Assembly (NCBI GenBank): GCA_026986575.1
Contig: JALSOH010000004.1
Location: 256,001 to 320,000 of the forward strand
Length of the DNA: 64,000 nt
DNA from: Thermoproteota archaeon
GTDB taxonomy: Archaea; Korarchaeota; Korarchaeia; Korarchaeales; Korarchaeaceae
Direction of reading: 5' to 3'
Shown: positions 9,849 to 20,168 of the stretch, piece after piece
How the letters are laid out: each line of letters starts with the position of its first letter
Numbering within the stretch: position 1 is the first letter of the stretch
The notes under the pieces: generated by a model
What the model was told of the DNA's origin: nothing
The model's input: only the letters and a program-made list of their open reading frames with translations
Database searches by the model: none
Made by a program: the position numbers and the translations under genes

Positions 9849-10845
9849 ATGCTTATTAGCGTTGGATGGTCTTACCCTAGGATGGACGAGTCCGAAAGGT
9901 TGGAGGGGCTGCCTCCTTGGGCCATAGATACGCTAAAAACACTCGCACTCAGCAAGTCTCTTAAGGAGGGAACTACCAGACGAGTGGAGACATGTGAAAG
10001 TGAGACTGAGACGAGGAGAAATCCGCGATAAACTCCTCACCAGAGAGGAAGCTCATTGAGGCAGCTCCCTCAGCGAAGGCTAAGGCCCTAGTTGCGGCTG
10101 TCTATGATGGAGCTCTGAGGATTTCCGAAGCTATCTCGTTAAGGGTGAAGGATTTAGTGCCCTTTCATCATGATGGCGCCGTTGTGGGTTATATCACTTC
10201 AGCTAGGGGGGAAATGTGGGAGAGAACAATTCTGTTTGTCGACTCCTATCCTTATTTGAGGGAGTGGTTGTTAGTGCATCCCCTACCAGACCCAGATATG
10301 CCCCTCTTTCCCTCTTCCCTTAACATCTATAGACCTATGAGTAGACGAACCGCAGAGGACTTGTTTAAAACCATTAGAAGGAGAGCGGGATCAGAACATG
10401 TGACATGGCATTGGTTGAGGCATACACGACTCACTGAGCTAGCTTCGAAGCTTATAGAGAGCGAATTGAGACTCGTTGTGGGCTAACACCTAACTCGAAG
10501 ATGGTGGAGACCTACTTGCACCTCTCAGGGCGAGATGCCGTCTCAGCGATGGCAAGGAAGGTTTACGGCCTCGAACCAGAGGGTGAGGAACCAATCACAT
10601 CATCCATAGCTCCCAGAGTCTGCCTCGTATGTGGGTATACGAATCCTACAACAGGGAGGCTTTGCCTTCAGTGTGGCGCTGGGCTGGTCCTGAGTGAAGA
10701 GGAGAAAGTAGAAGTTGTAAAAAGGGAGCTGCTCGTGGATAGTATCATGTCCGCCGTAATGAGCGATGAGGAGGCTGCATCACTATTGAGAAAGGCCGTA
10801 GAGATAGCAGTGAAGCGAGGGCTTATCACATTGAGATTAAACTGA
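9849..10845 (+). pseudogene. Tyrosine recombinase/integrase with C-terminal zinc ribbon, frameshifted
   Basis: LLTREE / KLIEAAP...YDGALRISEAISLRVKD (box I), HWLRH (box II), TPNSKMVETY catalytic Tyr, CLVC..CLQC; split over frames near 10050 and 10485. Confidence 0.9.
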
Positions 10846-11578
10846 AAATCCCGCTTCTTCCTCTTCTACCCCAATTGTATATTTTATAACAGCATTTTTC
10901 TTAGCTCATTCCACATGAGAAGAACACTCTCCTTGCTTATCGAAAAACTAGAAAAAATTTGCACTTCAATAAAGTAAGCCCTCTCCTTTGAGATTCGGGG
11001 AAAATAATCTATTTTGAAGGACTTAAGAAAACTGTCAATGGAGGGGAGGGTAATAAAAATAAGAGGGGTATTAGGGGGCTGGTACTTGCTAACACAAAGA
11101 GAAAGGAGAAATGAGAACAACTTAAGACCCATTCTCTCCTCTTCTTGATCATTAAATTAGGATACCTCCTTCTTGGTACTCTATATAATCTTCCCTCCTT
11201 GCTTCTCTTTCTGGTAGAGAAGGGAAGAGAGCAGCCTCGTGGAGAGTGAAAGAGAAGGGGTTAGGAACACCACGCCCATCACATGAAGATGAAAATGGAA
11301 GAGAGCATCACTCACTCTCATAAAGAGGATGAAAGAGATGTTGTTACCTCAAAGAGCACGCAGAAGAACAGGTATCTTCAAGAAAATGAAAAAGAGGGGG
11401 CTGTAACCACTCCCACCGCGTATAATTCCCATCAAGAGGCTAAAAAACACTATTACAGAGAACGCAGAAAGTGACCTGAGCCCAAGTGAGAACCCAGAAG
11501 ATGTGGAGTAGCCTCGCCCATTAAGAGATCAGGGTAAAGGGAAAGAGAATGAGTAATTTTCACTTTCTACTTTCTGGT

Positions 11579-11995
11579 TTAGTATAGCGTCCTCTCTTTG
11601 AAAGTGCCTAACATGTTTAACACTACTTTGATGGGGATCACCTCCAGCTGACCTTCCCTTCCAGTGAGAAGAACCGGGTAACCCCTTTTCAAGCCTAGAG
11701 CGTTGAAGAAGGGCTTGGGAATTGTGTATCTGACCGAACCGTCTCTTTGTTTGACTACCTTTACTTTCTTGACATTCCACCCCCGCCCCCTCAGTATTTG
11801 AACTGCTTTTTGCTTGCCGAGCTCTGAGTCTAGGTTAGTGAAGAGGATGCGATCCTTCCCTAAAATGGCCAGTACGAAGTCACCTATACGCGAGATGATG
11901 TGAGATGTTTGGATGAAGTAGGAATCACATCGAGGTCTCTTCTGAATCAGAACCACACTGTAGTAGGTATGATCGTCCCTTGTGTACGGCGTCAT
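11579..11995 (-). CDS. AbrB/MazE-type DNA-binding regulator
   Basis: KVVKQRDGSVRYTIPKPFFNALGLKRGYPV swapped-hairpin signature. Confidence 0.75.
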   Translation of the reverse strand: MTPYTRDDHTYYSVVLIQKRPRCDSYFIQTSHIISRIGDFVLAILGKDRILFTNLDSELGKQKAVQILRGRGWNVKKVKVVKQRDGSVRYTIPKPFFNALGLKRGYPVLLTGREGQLEVIPIKVVLNMLGTFKERTLY

Positions 11996-11999
11996 AGTA

Positions 12000-12057
12000 T
12001 CCTATATAGGCTTTTTTCTATTAAATAATTCCTATATAGGATCTACAAGGTTATATT
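12000..12057. promoter_or_regulatory. Divergent promoter with two palindromic CCTATATAGG operator-like sites
   Basis: CCTATATAGG at 12001-12010 and 12031-12040; TATA-like TTATTTAA (minus, 12028-12021) and TTATATT (plus, 12051-12057). Confidence 0.7.
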
Positions 12058-12075
12058 GGAATTCCCACCACCCCA

Positions 12076-13143
12076 ATGGCGGAGGGTACGAGTGTGAAGA
12101 TAGCCATTGACAAGATCGTCGTTAACCCGGATCTCATAGCTAGGTCGAGTTTAAACGACGAGTACCTTGAAATGCTTGCAAAAAGTCTTGATGAGGATGG
12201 TCTCCTCCATCCGATAACAGTCAGACCACTAAGTGACGGTAGGTATGAGCTAATTGATGGTCTTCATAGGCTAAGTGCGGCAAAAAGGCTTGGTTGGAAG
12301 GATATAGAGGCTAATGTAATCGATGCAGATGACCTAGAGGCGAGGTTTCTCTCCCTCAAGGCGAATCTCGTGAGGAGAAGCTTAGAACCTGTTGAGGAGG
12401 GAGAGGTAGTCTATAGGATAATGGTCAAGCATGGTCTTACTGAGAAGGAGGTAGCAAAGAGGCTGGGGGTCACTACCAAGTGGGTATCTGAGAGGTTGGC
12501 CTTGGTGCTCAAGGTTCCAGAGGAAGTCAAGAAGATGGTTGCTGAAGGTAAGCTCGGTTTAGGACACGCGGTTGTTATCTCCAAGATAGAGGAAAAGGAG
12601 AAGCAGTTAAAGTTCGCCAGACTAATAGTTAGAGAGGGCTGGTCAGTCAAAGAAGCAGAGAGAATGCTACCAGAGTTCTTAAACGACACGATCTACACTA
12701 TAGGCTACGATGGGAGAACTTTCGAGGAGCTACTCTCCATCCTCAAAGAGAACGGCATAGTCATGGTGCTCGATGTGAGACACGATGTGGAGTTCGTCAA
12801 ACCGGAATTTTCGATAGAGGTTCTTAAGAGACAGCTTCCAGCCAATGGGATAAAGTATGTGCACGTTAAGGAGCTCGGAGTCCCCAAACTAATTAGGGAG
12901 CCGTATGTAAAGGGTAAAATGTCCTATGAATGCTTCAGACAATGGTATGAGTGGTGGTTAGAGGAAAACTCCGAAATCCTCGAAAGGGCTTTGAGAGAGG
13001 CAAAATCCACTGGTCCAACAGCTTTACTCTGTCAAGAGAGATATCCTACTCCGAAGAAGGGTCAGAAGCACTACTGCCATAGACATATACTCGCTGAGGT
13101 CGCCTTGGAGTTAGGTATATTTGAAAAAAGACTCGATTTATGA
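12076..13143 (+). CDS. ParB/Srx domain + HTH + DUF488 fusion protein
   Basis: GLLHPITVR...LIDGLHRLSAA, ANLVRRSL, HTH; from about 12685 TIYTIGY, LDVR, ELG, LLCQE...YCHRH (DUF488). Confidence 0.85.
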   Translation: MAEGTSVKIAIDKIVVNPDLIARSSLNDEYLEMLAKSLDEDGLLHPITVRPLSDGRYELIDGLHRLSAAKRLGWKDIEANVIDADDLEARFLSLKANLVRRSLEPVEEGEVVYRIMVKHGLTEKEVAKRLGVTTKWVSERLALVLKVPEEVKKMVAEGKLGLGHAVVISKIEEKEKQLKFARLIVREGWSVKEAERMLPEFLNDTIYTIGYDGRTFEELLSILKENGIVMVLDVRHDVEFVKPEFSIEVLKRQLPANGIKYVHVKELGVPKLIREPYVKGKMSYECFRQWYEWWLEENSEILERALREAKSTGPTALLCQERYPTPKKGQKHYCHRHILAEVALELGIFEKRLDL

Positions 13144-14026
13144 GAGGGTATGTAAGCTGCCGAGGGAAAAGATAATAGTTTTGGCAAAAACTTATCCAGA
13201 AGTAAGCTCAAAGTACGGGCCACTTGTCTGCGTTGCAGGAGTTACTCTGAAGGGAGAGTGGAGGAGGCTCTATCCCATCCAGTTCAAGCTTTTCTATGAT
13301 AAGGAATTCGAGCATGCGAAATTCAAGAAATGGGATATCATTGAAGTTGAAACTACCACAGCGGAACACGATCCGAGGAGAGAGAGCAGAAAGGTAGTGG
13401 ATTGGAGAGCTATCAGACCCATTAGTCACGTGAGAGATTGGAGTTTGAGGCTTTACATCACATCGAGATTCTTAGATCCTAGTATCGAGGATATAGTAAA
13501 TAGTGGTAAGAGTCTCGGGATAGTTAAGCCTAGATCTATCAAGAAGTTCTACAGAAAAGAAAGAGCTAGGATCAGAGATAGAGGTGAACTTCAAGTTCTT
13601 GAGAGGATGGAAGCTGTTAGTCTCACCCAATATATTGAGATGGGGGACGAATATTTGCTTCCCGAAGTTAAACGCCGAGAAGTGATTCCCGAAGAATTAC
13701 CTTGGTTGGGATATAGATTCGTGTGTGAGGGTGAAGGTTGTAAGGGACATGACATGATGGTAATAGATTGGGAAATTCAAGAGCTTTACAGAAAATTAAG
13801 ACAGGAGAGGAATGAAGAGGAAGCTTTCGAAAAGACCAAAGAGAAGGCTATGTGGATGGCCACAGAGAGGAACTTATACTTCGTCGTTGGAAACACTTGG
13901 AGATATCACAAAAGCTTCATGATCATCGGCCTTATCTACCCACCGAAGGATGTAAAACCAGTAAATCCATTGGAGGACCTCTTTGAGCAGTCAGAAGAGG
14001 AGGTGCTAACACGGTTTCTTGAGTGA
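13121..14026 (+). CDS. DUF488-associated hypothetical protein (possibly dual OB-fold)
   Basis: KTYP..S.KY..VCVAG...WRRLYP, D.R.ES, SLGIVKP, CEGEGCKGH..IDWE, LYFVVGN; overlaps upstream gene. Confidence 0.75.
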   Translation: MKKDSIYERVCKLPREKIIVLAKTYPEVSSKYGPLVCVAGVTLKGEWRRLYPIQFKLFYDKEFEHAKFKKWDIIEVETTTAEHDPRRESRKVVDWRAIRPISHVRDWSLRLYITSRFLDPSIEDIVNSGKSLGIVKPRSIKKFYRKERARIRDRGELQVLERMEAVSLTQYIEMGDEYLLPEVKRREVIPEELPWLGYRFVCEGEGCKGHDMMVIDWEIQELYRKLRQERNEEEAFEKTKEKAMWMATERNLYFVVGNTWRYHKSFMIIGLIYPPKDVKPVNPLEDLFEQSEEEVLTRFLE

Positions 14027-14097
14027 ATTCATCTTATCTGCAGATGGAGAAATTTCCGTGACCGCTAGAGGTTATCTCGCGCTAATAAGGAGATTAG

Positions 14098-16540
14098 TCT
14101 AAAGTAGTTTTCCCTCATATCCGTATCTCAGTGCTGGTATGTGCACCCTTCACGATCTCAAGGATTCTCTCAACGTCATCCTCCCTACACCATCACGATT
14201 TTCAATCCGAGGGGAACCACCTTTTCTATGTTCCCCTTCACCTGACCGGGCTCATTCCTCACCTCTCCGGGGACTTGACCTCTATTGAGACTGTATCCTC
14301 TAAATCCCAAGTCCATTCTTCTAGAGGGATGGCTAGGAAGTCAGGTTGGAATTCACCCTTCTGCATTAGTGTAACCACTAAGTATCCAGCCTCCTGTAGT
14401 GCATAACAGCTTCCTCGGCCACCGATGGTGACACTTTCCTCACGTTAATCTGTGATCTTAGATATCTCCTTCCCGATCCCGTCGTCTCTAATATCTTTAT
14501 TCTACCCCTCTCCACTTCCTTCCCGGCCTTCAGCCTCATAAGGCCCTGATCTAAGAACTTCTTGATGCGTTTTGGTACATCAGCTCTGCTCAAACCGAGA
14601 CTCTCCTCCATCTCCATCACGTAAGCCTTTTCTCCCAGCATGTCTATGAGATTTAACACTGCATAGTCCTTTGGATCGGGGAGTTTCTCGACATCTATTA
14701 GATAGATCTAAAAACAGAGCTACTCTATTCTCATCTCCCTCTCTGATGCCTTGTACGTCTCCCTCATCCTCCTCACTATTTCCATAGCCTCCTCTCTATC
14801 TCTCAAGGCTCGGGGAGGTGGGCTCATCCTCACTCGATATAATAAGAAGGGCTTTCTTGGATCCGAGGGCCTAATCCCCACCAAAGCGACATGGTTCGGT
14901 AGGCTCACCAAATCGTGGCGTATGTCCTCCTTCATACTTGGGCCTATTATGCTCGCTAATCTACTCGCATCCTCTCCTGAAACGCGAAACATTATCTGGG
15001 TAGCTGTATTAGTGAGAATAGAGGCTATTAATTCATCTAAGAGCTGCTTGAGGTTCTGATGAATGTGTGTGCGTAGTAGCTTATATTTCCTACTTTCAGA
15101 AAGTAGAGAGGTTTTGCAGGTTCTGGAACTCATCAACGAATAACAGGATAGGTGTCCTCTCCTCATAAAGGTATTCCCTAGCCCTAGACAGGACAGCGAA
15201 CCATATGGAAAGCGCTACGGCAGCACTCCCAGCTCAAGCACCTAGCCCGGTAGGTCGGCCTTCGAAAATCTCCAGATTACCAATTTACCATCCTCTAGGA
15301 GCTCCTCCATTCTCACAGTACTCTTTCTCCTTGAGAACGTCCCCCTAAGGAGAGGAGATGTAGCGAAAGCCTGTAACTTGTTTAGAGCTGCTGCAAATGC
15401 ATCAGAAGGAAGCCTCTGTATGAATTCCATGCTCTCTTTTATCGCCTGCTCGTCCTTCAGAACCTGTTGCATCTCCATCGTGAGCATCAAACCCTTCTTT
15501 CTAAGCCTCATTATCACGTTATAGAGATCCCTAAACGTTGGCCTATCACTCTTCAAGTAAAGTAGCGTAGACATGTCTGTAAAACCTAAGTTAGTCTAGG
15601 TGCTTTTTGTGTTGCGATGCTAAATAATTGTTCGAAGATCTTCATCATTTCGGAGATTTTCAGCTCAACAAGAATATCACATTTCTCCTCATCCTCATAC
15701 GGAGCTAGTTCGAGAGGATTCGGTGAGTAGCCGACTTCGATTATATCGAAGTAGTAGAGTGAGCTGGGATCCAGATCTACCTCTAGAAGTTCTCTCGCTA
15801 AATCACTATGTGGATCAATTACATGTATGGCAGCCTTATATCTCTTCTTTCTCAGTCCAACTATGAGATTTTCAGTATTGTGCTCTTTCCGTGCCTGAAG
15901 CCCCTATTACATATGTGTGTAGCTCTAACGCGTAGAATGGGAGCTTAAACAGGTCTCATCTCCTCACTGAGAACCTGCGTCAACTCTTCCTTAGCCTCCT
16001 TAACCAGAGTTTTCAACCTCCCTAAACGTTCCATACTTACAAGATCACCCCCGACGCTATGCTGTCTTCTTAGGGGGATAGCTAGCAGCCCTAACTGAAC
16101 TCCGCAAGCCACTTTAGAGGAAGAGACTCGTCATCGGGTAACCTCACGAAATCAGTGATCTCTTGCGATGTCGCTGGGATTGTGAGTAAATGCTTCATAT
16201 CCAGCCTCTCTTCAATCCTCTTCTTCAATGAGCCCCTATTCACCTTAATTCCACGATATGCGATCTCCTTTATATATCCTTCTAGCTAGGAGACCCTTCA
16301 CGACATATAGTTGAAGAGACTCATAATCCCCTCTCTGTGCCCATGCATCCTTCAAAAGAAGGGAAGCCATCTTCCTAGCCATCTCTCGCCAGTCATATTC
16401 AATTACCAATATCTGGAGCAGGGCCCTTTCTGCTGTGGAGAGGGAACGGAGTGCGTTGTTTATCGAATTCACTCCGCTAGGCTCAATAAACGTAAAACCG
16501 TTCCCTACTGAAAAGGCCAACGATAAAGATGACAGCAAGT
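14098..16540 (-). pseudogene. TraG/VirD4-like (HerA-FtsK superfamily) ATPase with C-terminal wHTH and PD-(D/E)XK domain, multiply frameshifted
   Basis: HTYVIGASGT[G]KS near 15890 (1-nt deletion), IHVIDPHSDL, NPL, LFVDEFQN near 15130, SESRKY..HQNLKQL, NTATQIMFR, QPDFLAIP...IEVKS near 14280-14350; 5' limit uncertain. Confidence 0.8.
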
Positions 16541-16759
16541 GGGTTAGGAGGTACCCAGATCCTCACCTTCCTAAAGCTAACATTCCTATACACTCCTCTC
16601 AGCAGATCGACCATCTCTCTACGCGAGGGAGAGAAGATCCTCGTCCTTATCTTCCCACCCTCAATATGATACTCTATACACCCCCTGAAGCCACTGGCTA
16701 GTTGGAGTGCCTCCTCTTTTCCAATTCAACTGGTGGATACTCTATCTCATATCCAAGAA

Positions 16760-17020
16760 CTACCGTTTCCTCTTCACCTCCACTTCAACATCTGAGAAGA
16801 CGAGTACGGTGTCTCCCTCCAATTCACCCTTCAATAGCACGCGTGTACCCTTATACGAGGTGAAAACACGCGTGAGATTGACGTAATTCTTCCCTTTTCT
16901 CACTGTATAATCCGTGATGGGGCGTACGGCCACCTCCACATTGTATTCTCCCCTCTCCTTCTCTTCTATCTCTCCCTCATCTTCAACAGTGAAAGATACA
17001 GTCAGAGGCATCGTCTCCAA
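16760..17020 (-). CDS. Hypothetical protein of the element
   Basis: One of three overlapping co-oriented small ORFs. Confidence 0.45.
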   Translation of the reverse strand: METMPLTVSFTVEDEGEIEEKERGEYNVEVAVRPITDYTVRKGKNYVNLTRVFTSYKGTRVLLKGELEGDTVLVFSDVEVEVKRKR

Positions 17021-17255
17021 GAGAGGGAAACTTGACAGCTCTCAGCCTCGCAGGTCTGAAAACCAGCTTCACAGTGCACCTTCCATCCTTCATGTATGTG
17101 TACTCCTCGATCGCGAAGAGTAGCTTCTCCTCCGCCCACTTTCCTAACTTGATACCTCTCTTCTCCACCTCCTCTCTCAGCTTCCTGAAAGCCTCGTTCC
17201 TTACTTCATTGTAATCCTTTCCCTCTAGGAGGACGGCTATCTTTTCATCGCTCAC
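16983..17255 (-). CDS. Hypothetical protein of the element
   Basis: Charged, protein-like 90 aa; start overlaps upstream stop. Confidence 0.55.
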   Translation of the reverse strand: MSDEKIAVLLEGKDYNEVRNEAFRKLREEVEKRGIKLGKWAEEKLLFAIEEYTYMKDGRCTVKLVFRPARLRAVKFPSLGDDASDCIFHC

Positions 17256-17545
17256 TCGCGCGCGATGCCTCGATCGGTATCACAGGTACCTCCTCCCTCT
17301 CCAGTGAAGTGATCCTCCAGCCTATGGGTATGAACCTCCTTTGCAGATACTCTACGACCTCCTCCACTATACACCCATAATGGCGGATTGAACATCTTAT
17401 CATCTAGCACTTCACCGCTAGGACCCTTAACGATCAATCTCAGGGAAGGATTGTGGACGTACTCATCAGGTCTCCTAGTAAACATAAAAATACCAGCATT
17501 TGTTGCCGTATACTCACCATTCCTACTTGTTACGCGCGCTTTCAC
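17252..17545 (-). CDS. Hypothetical protein of the element
   Basis: 97 aa ORF in tandem array. Confidence 0.45.
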   Translation of the reverse strand: MKARVTSRNGEYTATNAGIFMFTRRPDEYVHNPSLRLIVKGPSGEVLDDKMFNPPLWVYSGGGRRVSAKEVHTHRLEDHFTGEGGGTCDTDRGIARE

Positions 17546-17557
17546 CGTATAAAGAGG

Positions 17558-17945
17558 CTATTTCATCAGTCTAGCCTTCCTTGTACTTGAACCCATCCTC
17601 AGGTAGACGTCATTCCCAAATACGTAGATCTTATTCTTCTCAGGTGTGACTTTTATCACGAATACTCTCTTATCATCGAGAAATACCCACTCATACTCCA
17701 GACGGGGTTTAGGCTGGAGTGAGTTAAGGAAGTTAGTTAGCTTCTCCACACTATCATCTGGGCCCCCCAACTTCTCCTGAATCGTTAACACCAACAAGTA
17801 CAATCCCTCCTTCCCTATTTGCAAGAGCACAGATAGCCTGCATCAGCTTTTTATTCACCCTCTCCTTGAATTCTAATCGAGGGCCTTCTCCCCTCTTTAG
17901 AAGAGCTACTAACTCCTCCTTCTCTACATACGTACCATGATACAA
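17558..17945 (-). pseudogene. Stand-alone Schlafen/AlbA_2-domain protein split by one frameshift
   Basis: GEGPRLEFKE...ICALANREGG.VLVGVND.G then VFVIKV...YLRMGSST in the +1 frame; junction at a G6 run (17763-17768). Confidence 0.85.
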
Positions 17946-18219
17946 AACATAAACATATATAAATGCAGACGAAAAGTATGCGAATGTTTGAAATAGATTT
18001 GGGAACTTTCCACATGATTTTATATAATATAAGCAGTATAATAGACATAACTTCTAATTATCCCACGATCATATTACATTATCTTACCTACGTTTAATTT
18101 GTCTTCCTACCCAAAGAGAATAGGAATATCTGAGAGAGTTAGGTTTCTCTGTATCATTTACAGCTACCTACGCATCGCTGCACGAGCTGGGCCATTACCT
18201 CGCTAGGATAATATCGAAG

Positions 18220-19420
18220 TTGAGTCCAAGCGACATGGCCTTGATGAGGATGTTTATCCAAGGGCCTGTCAAGCCGTCCGATGTACCCATAATCCTCTCG
18301 ACGGGAACTATCTTCTCTCTCGCAGTCGTCCTGATCTTCCTCATAGTCGCCAAGGCTTCGGGTAAGACCTTCCTAGTCTACGCCGGTTTCGCTGCTAACG
18401 CGGCCTTCAACCTCCTGACGCCTGTGGGCGACGCTCTGTGGCCGATCCTCGACTTGGACACGTCTGCCCTCCTGTTCTACCTCAGGCATGCCCTCCTGTT
18501 CCTCCTGATCCTGTCACTCATCAACGATATGAAGCTCTTCACAACGGATCGCGCGCGGGAACTCGCTTCTTTCCGCGTTGTCGGGGAGGAAGAGAACATG
18601 AAGCTCGCTCTGGCTTCAATCTTCACGAAAGATTTGGAGAAGGGACACTAGGTCAACGTGATAGCTCTGGGGCCCTCAGGAAGCGGAAAAACGACGATAA
18701 TAAAGGGCGCCCTCTCCGTTTTACCTCAAAATCACTACAAGGAGATAGTCCGCGCAACTGACGCGGCGTTCGAGTATGCTGCAGAGGAGCTGAAGCACAA
18801 GGTCATAGCGTTCATACAGATGCCAGCTGGACAGTCGAAGAGCGACACGATACATGTCCTAACGAGCGAGGGAGAGCTGAGGATACTCATAACGGTGAAG
18901 GACGAGGAGACGGGCACTAGGAGAACGGTGGAGAGGAAAGCGAAGGGCCCCGTCGTCTTGCTGGGGGCGATAGTGGACGAGAAACTTGTCAGGATCGACG
19001 AGCAGATGAAAACGAGGACCCTCTTCATCTCCCTCAACCCCTCTGGGTCCCAGACGATCGAGATAATCAGGAACAAGAAGTTACAGTGATGCATGTTCTA
19101 CCTCAACTCGATCTACGAGGATCAGCTCAGGGAGTTCAGGGAGTGTTATGAGTCTTTTTCCGCCGGCGCAATAAGGTAGGTCTATAATCTCCTCTTCCCG
19201 CTCATCGGAATAAACCCCGGGCTGGGGAGAGGGTGAGGAGGGACGTAGCCAAGGTCGAGAGCATCATAGATGTGCTCGCTTACCTGAGGCAGGGTAGGAG
19301 GTACATACTCAGGCTGAAGAAGAGGATAAGCGACAACGGTAAGGAGGAGAGGGTCTGGATGTCATCCCGCCTTCTGTGCAAGACCTGATGGATGCTGTAG
19401 ATATCGTCAAGTCAACACTT
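18220..19420 (+). pseudogene. Mobile-element AAA+ (MCM-like/primase-associated) helicase remnant fused to a hydrophobic fragment
   Basis: VVGEEEN...H*VNVIALGPSGSGKT (in-frame TAG 18649-18651), L.SEG.L..TVKD..TG, IDEQMKTR, later ERVRRDVAKVESII..LAYLRQ. Confidence 0.7.
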
Positions 19421-19636
19421 GAGAAAATAATTTTTTAGAATATTCTCCATACTTAAAGAAAATTCTGGAAGCGCGCGAATTATTAAGAATATTAGGCACT
19501 ATATTCACAGTTTTCAACTCGGTGAATTCATGAAAAAGAGTAGAAACACTATCCTTCGAAAAAGAAGGTCGAGGAAGAGGAAGAAAAGGGCCATTTTAGA
19601 ACAGATTAAGAGGGAAAAGATGAAAGAGGTGATCGT

Positions 19637-19977
19637 ATGAGCGAGAATAACGAACTAATGCGTTTAGTTTAAGAGAGTGTGGTAGGGGTAAAAGAAATCC
19701 CGGTAAAATCTCGAAAGACCTTCTTAATGCTGATTTTGTCTCTCTTGTCTCGCTAAGGGAGGAGAAAGTTGTTCTCCTCGATGAAAGGGACAAAAACGAA
19801 CTCACCAAATCTCTAGGATTAAAAATGAGCTATAATTCGCTTGAAATGAAGAAGAAAGAAGGGAATGGCACTAATTTCGAAGAGAAAAGTGTCTTTGTGA
19901 TCGGAGACCTTCATGTCGGCAACAAGCTTTTTGATCATCCTGCTTTATTCTCTGCTCACTCAAATTCAAGAGAGTGA
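19637..19977 (+). pseudogene. Possible metallophosphoesterase N-terminal remnant
   Basis: GAGGTGA + ATG at 19637, early frameshift, VFVIGDLHVG (DxH motif I) near 19891-19920, then stop. Confidence 0.4.
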
Positions 19978-20168
19978 GGAAAAGATAGATGAAATCGCAC
20001 TCGGTTTATCTTGCGAGAATGAAGCAGAAGAAGGCACGTATTTATATAACGGAGAATGTTGCTCTAATAGTGGCCTACTTGCCTCCCCCTCCCCCCCACT
20101 TCTCCTTTCTAAAAAGGAAGTTGTTGGATCTAAACGCAACTAAGTTGGCAGAATAACTAGTGATTTTT

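Noticed and set aside
10884-11474. ORFs 10884-11132 and 11283-11474
   Set aside because: Low-complexity, no motifs; probably decayed or non-coding DNA
12076-13143. Ordinary ParABS partition locus
   Set aside because: No ParA nearby and the C-terminal domain is DUF488 rather than a dimerisation domain
18649-18651. Pyrrolysine read-through of the in-frame TAG
   Set aside because: The gene has further disruptions, TAG is a normal stop elsewhere in the window, and no pyl genes are seen
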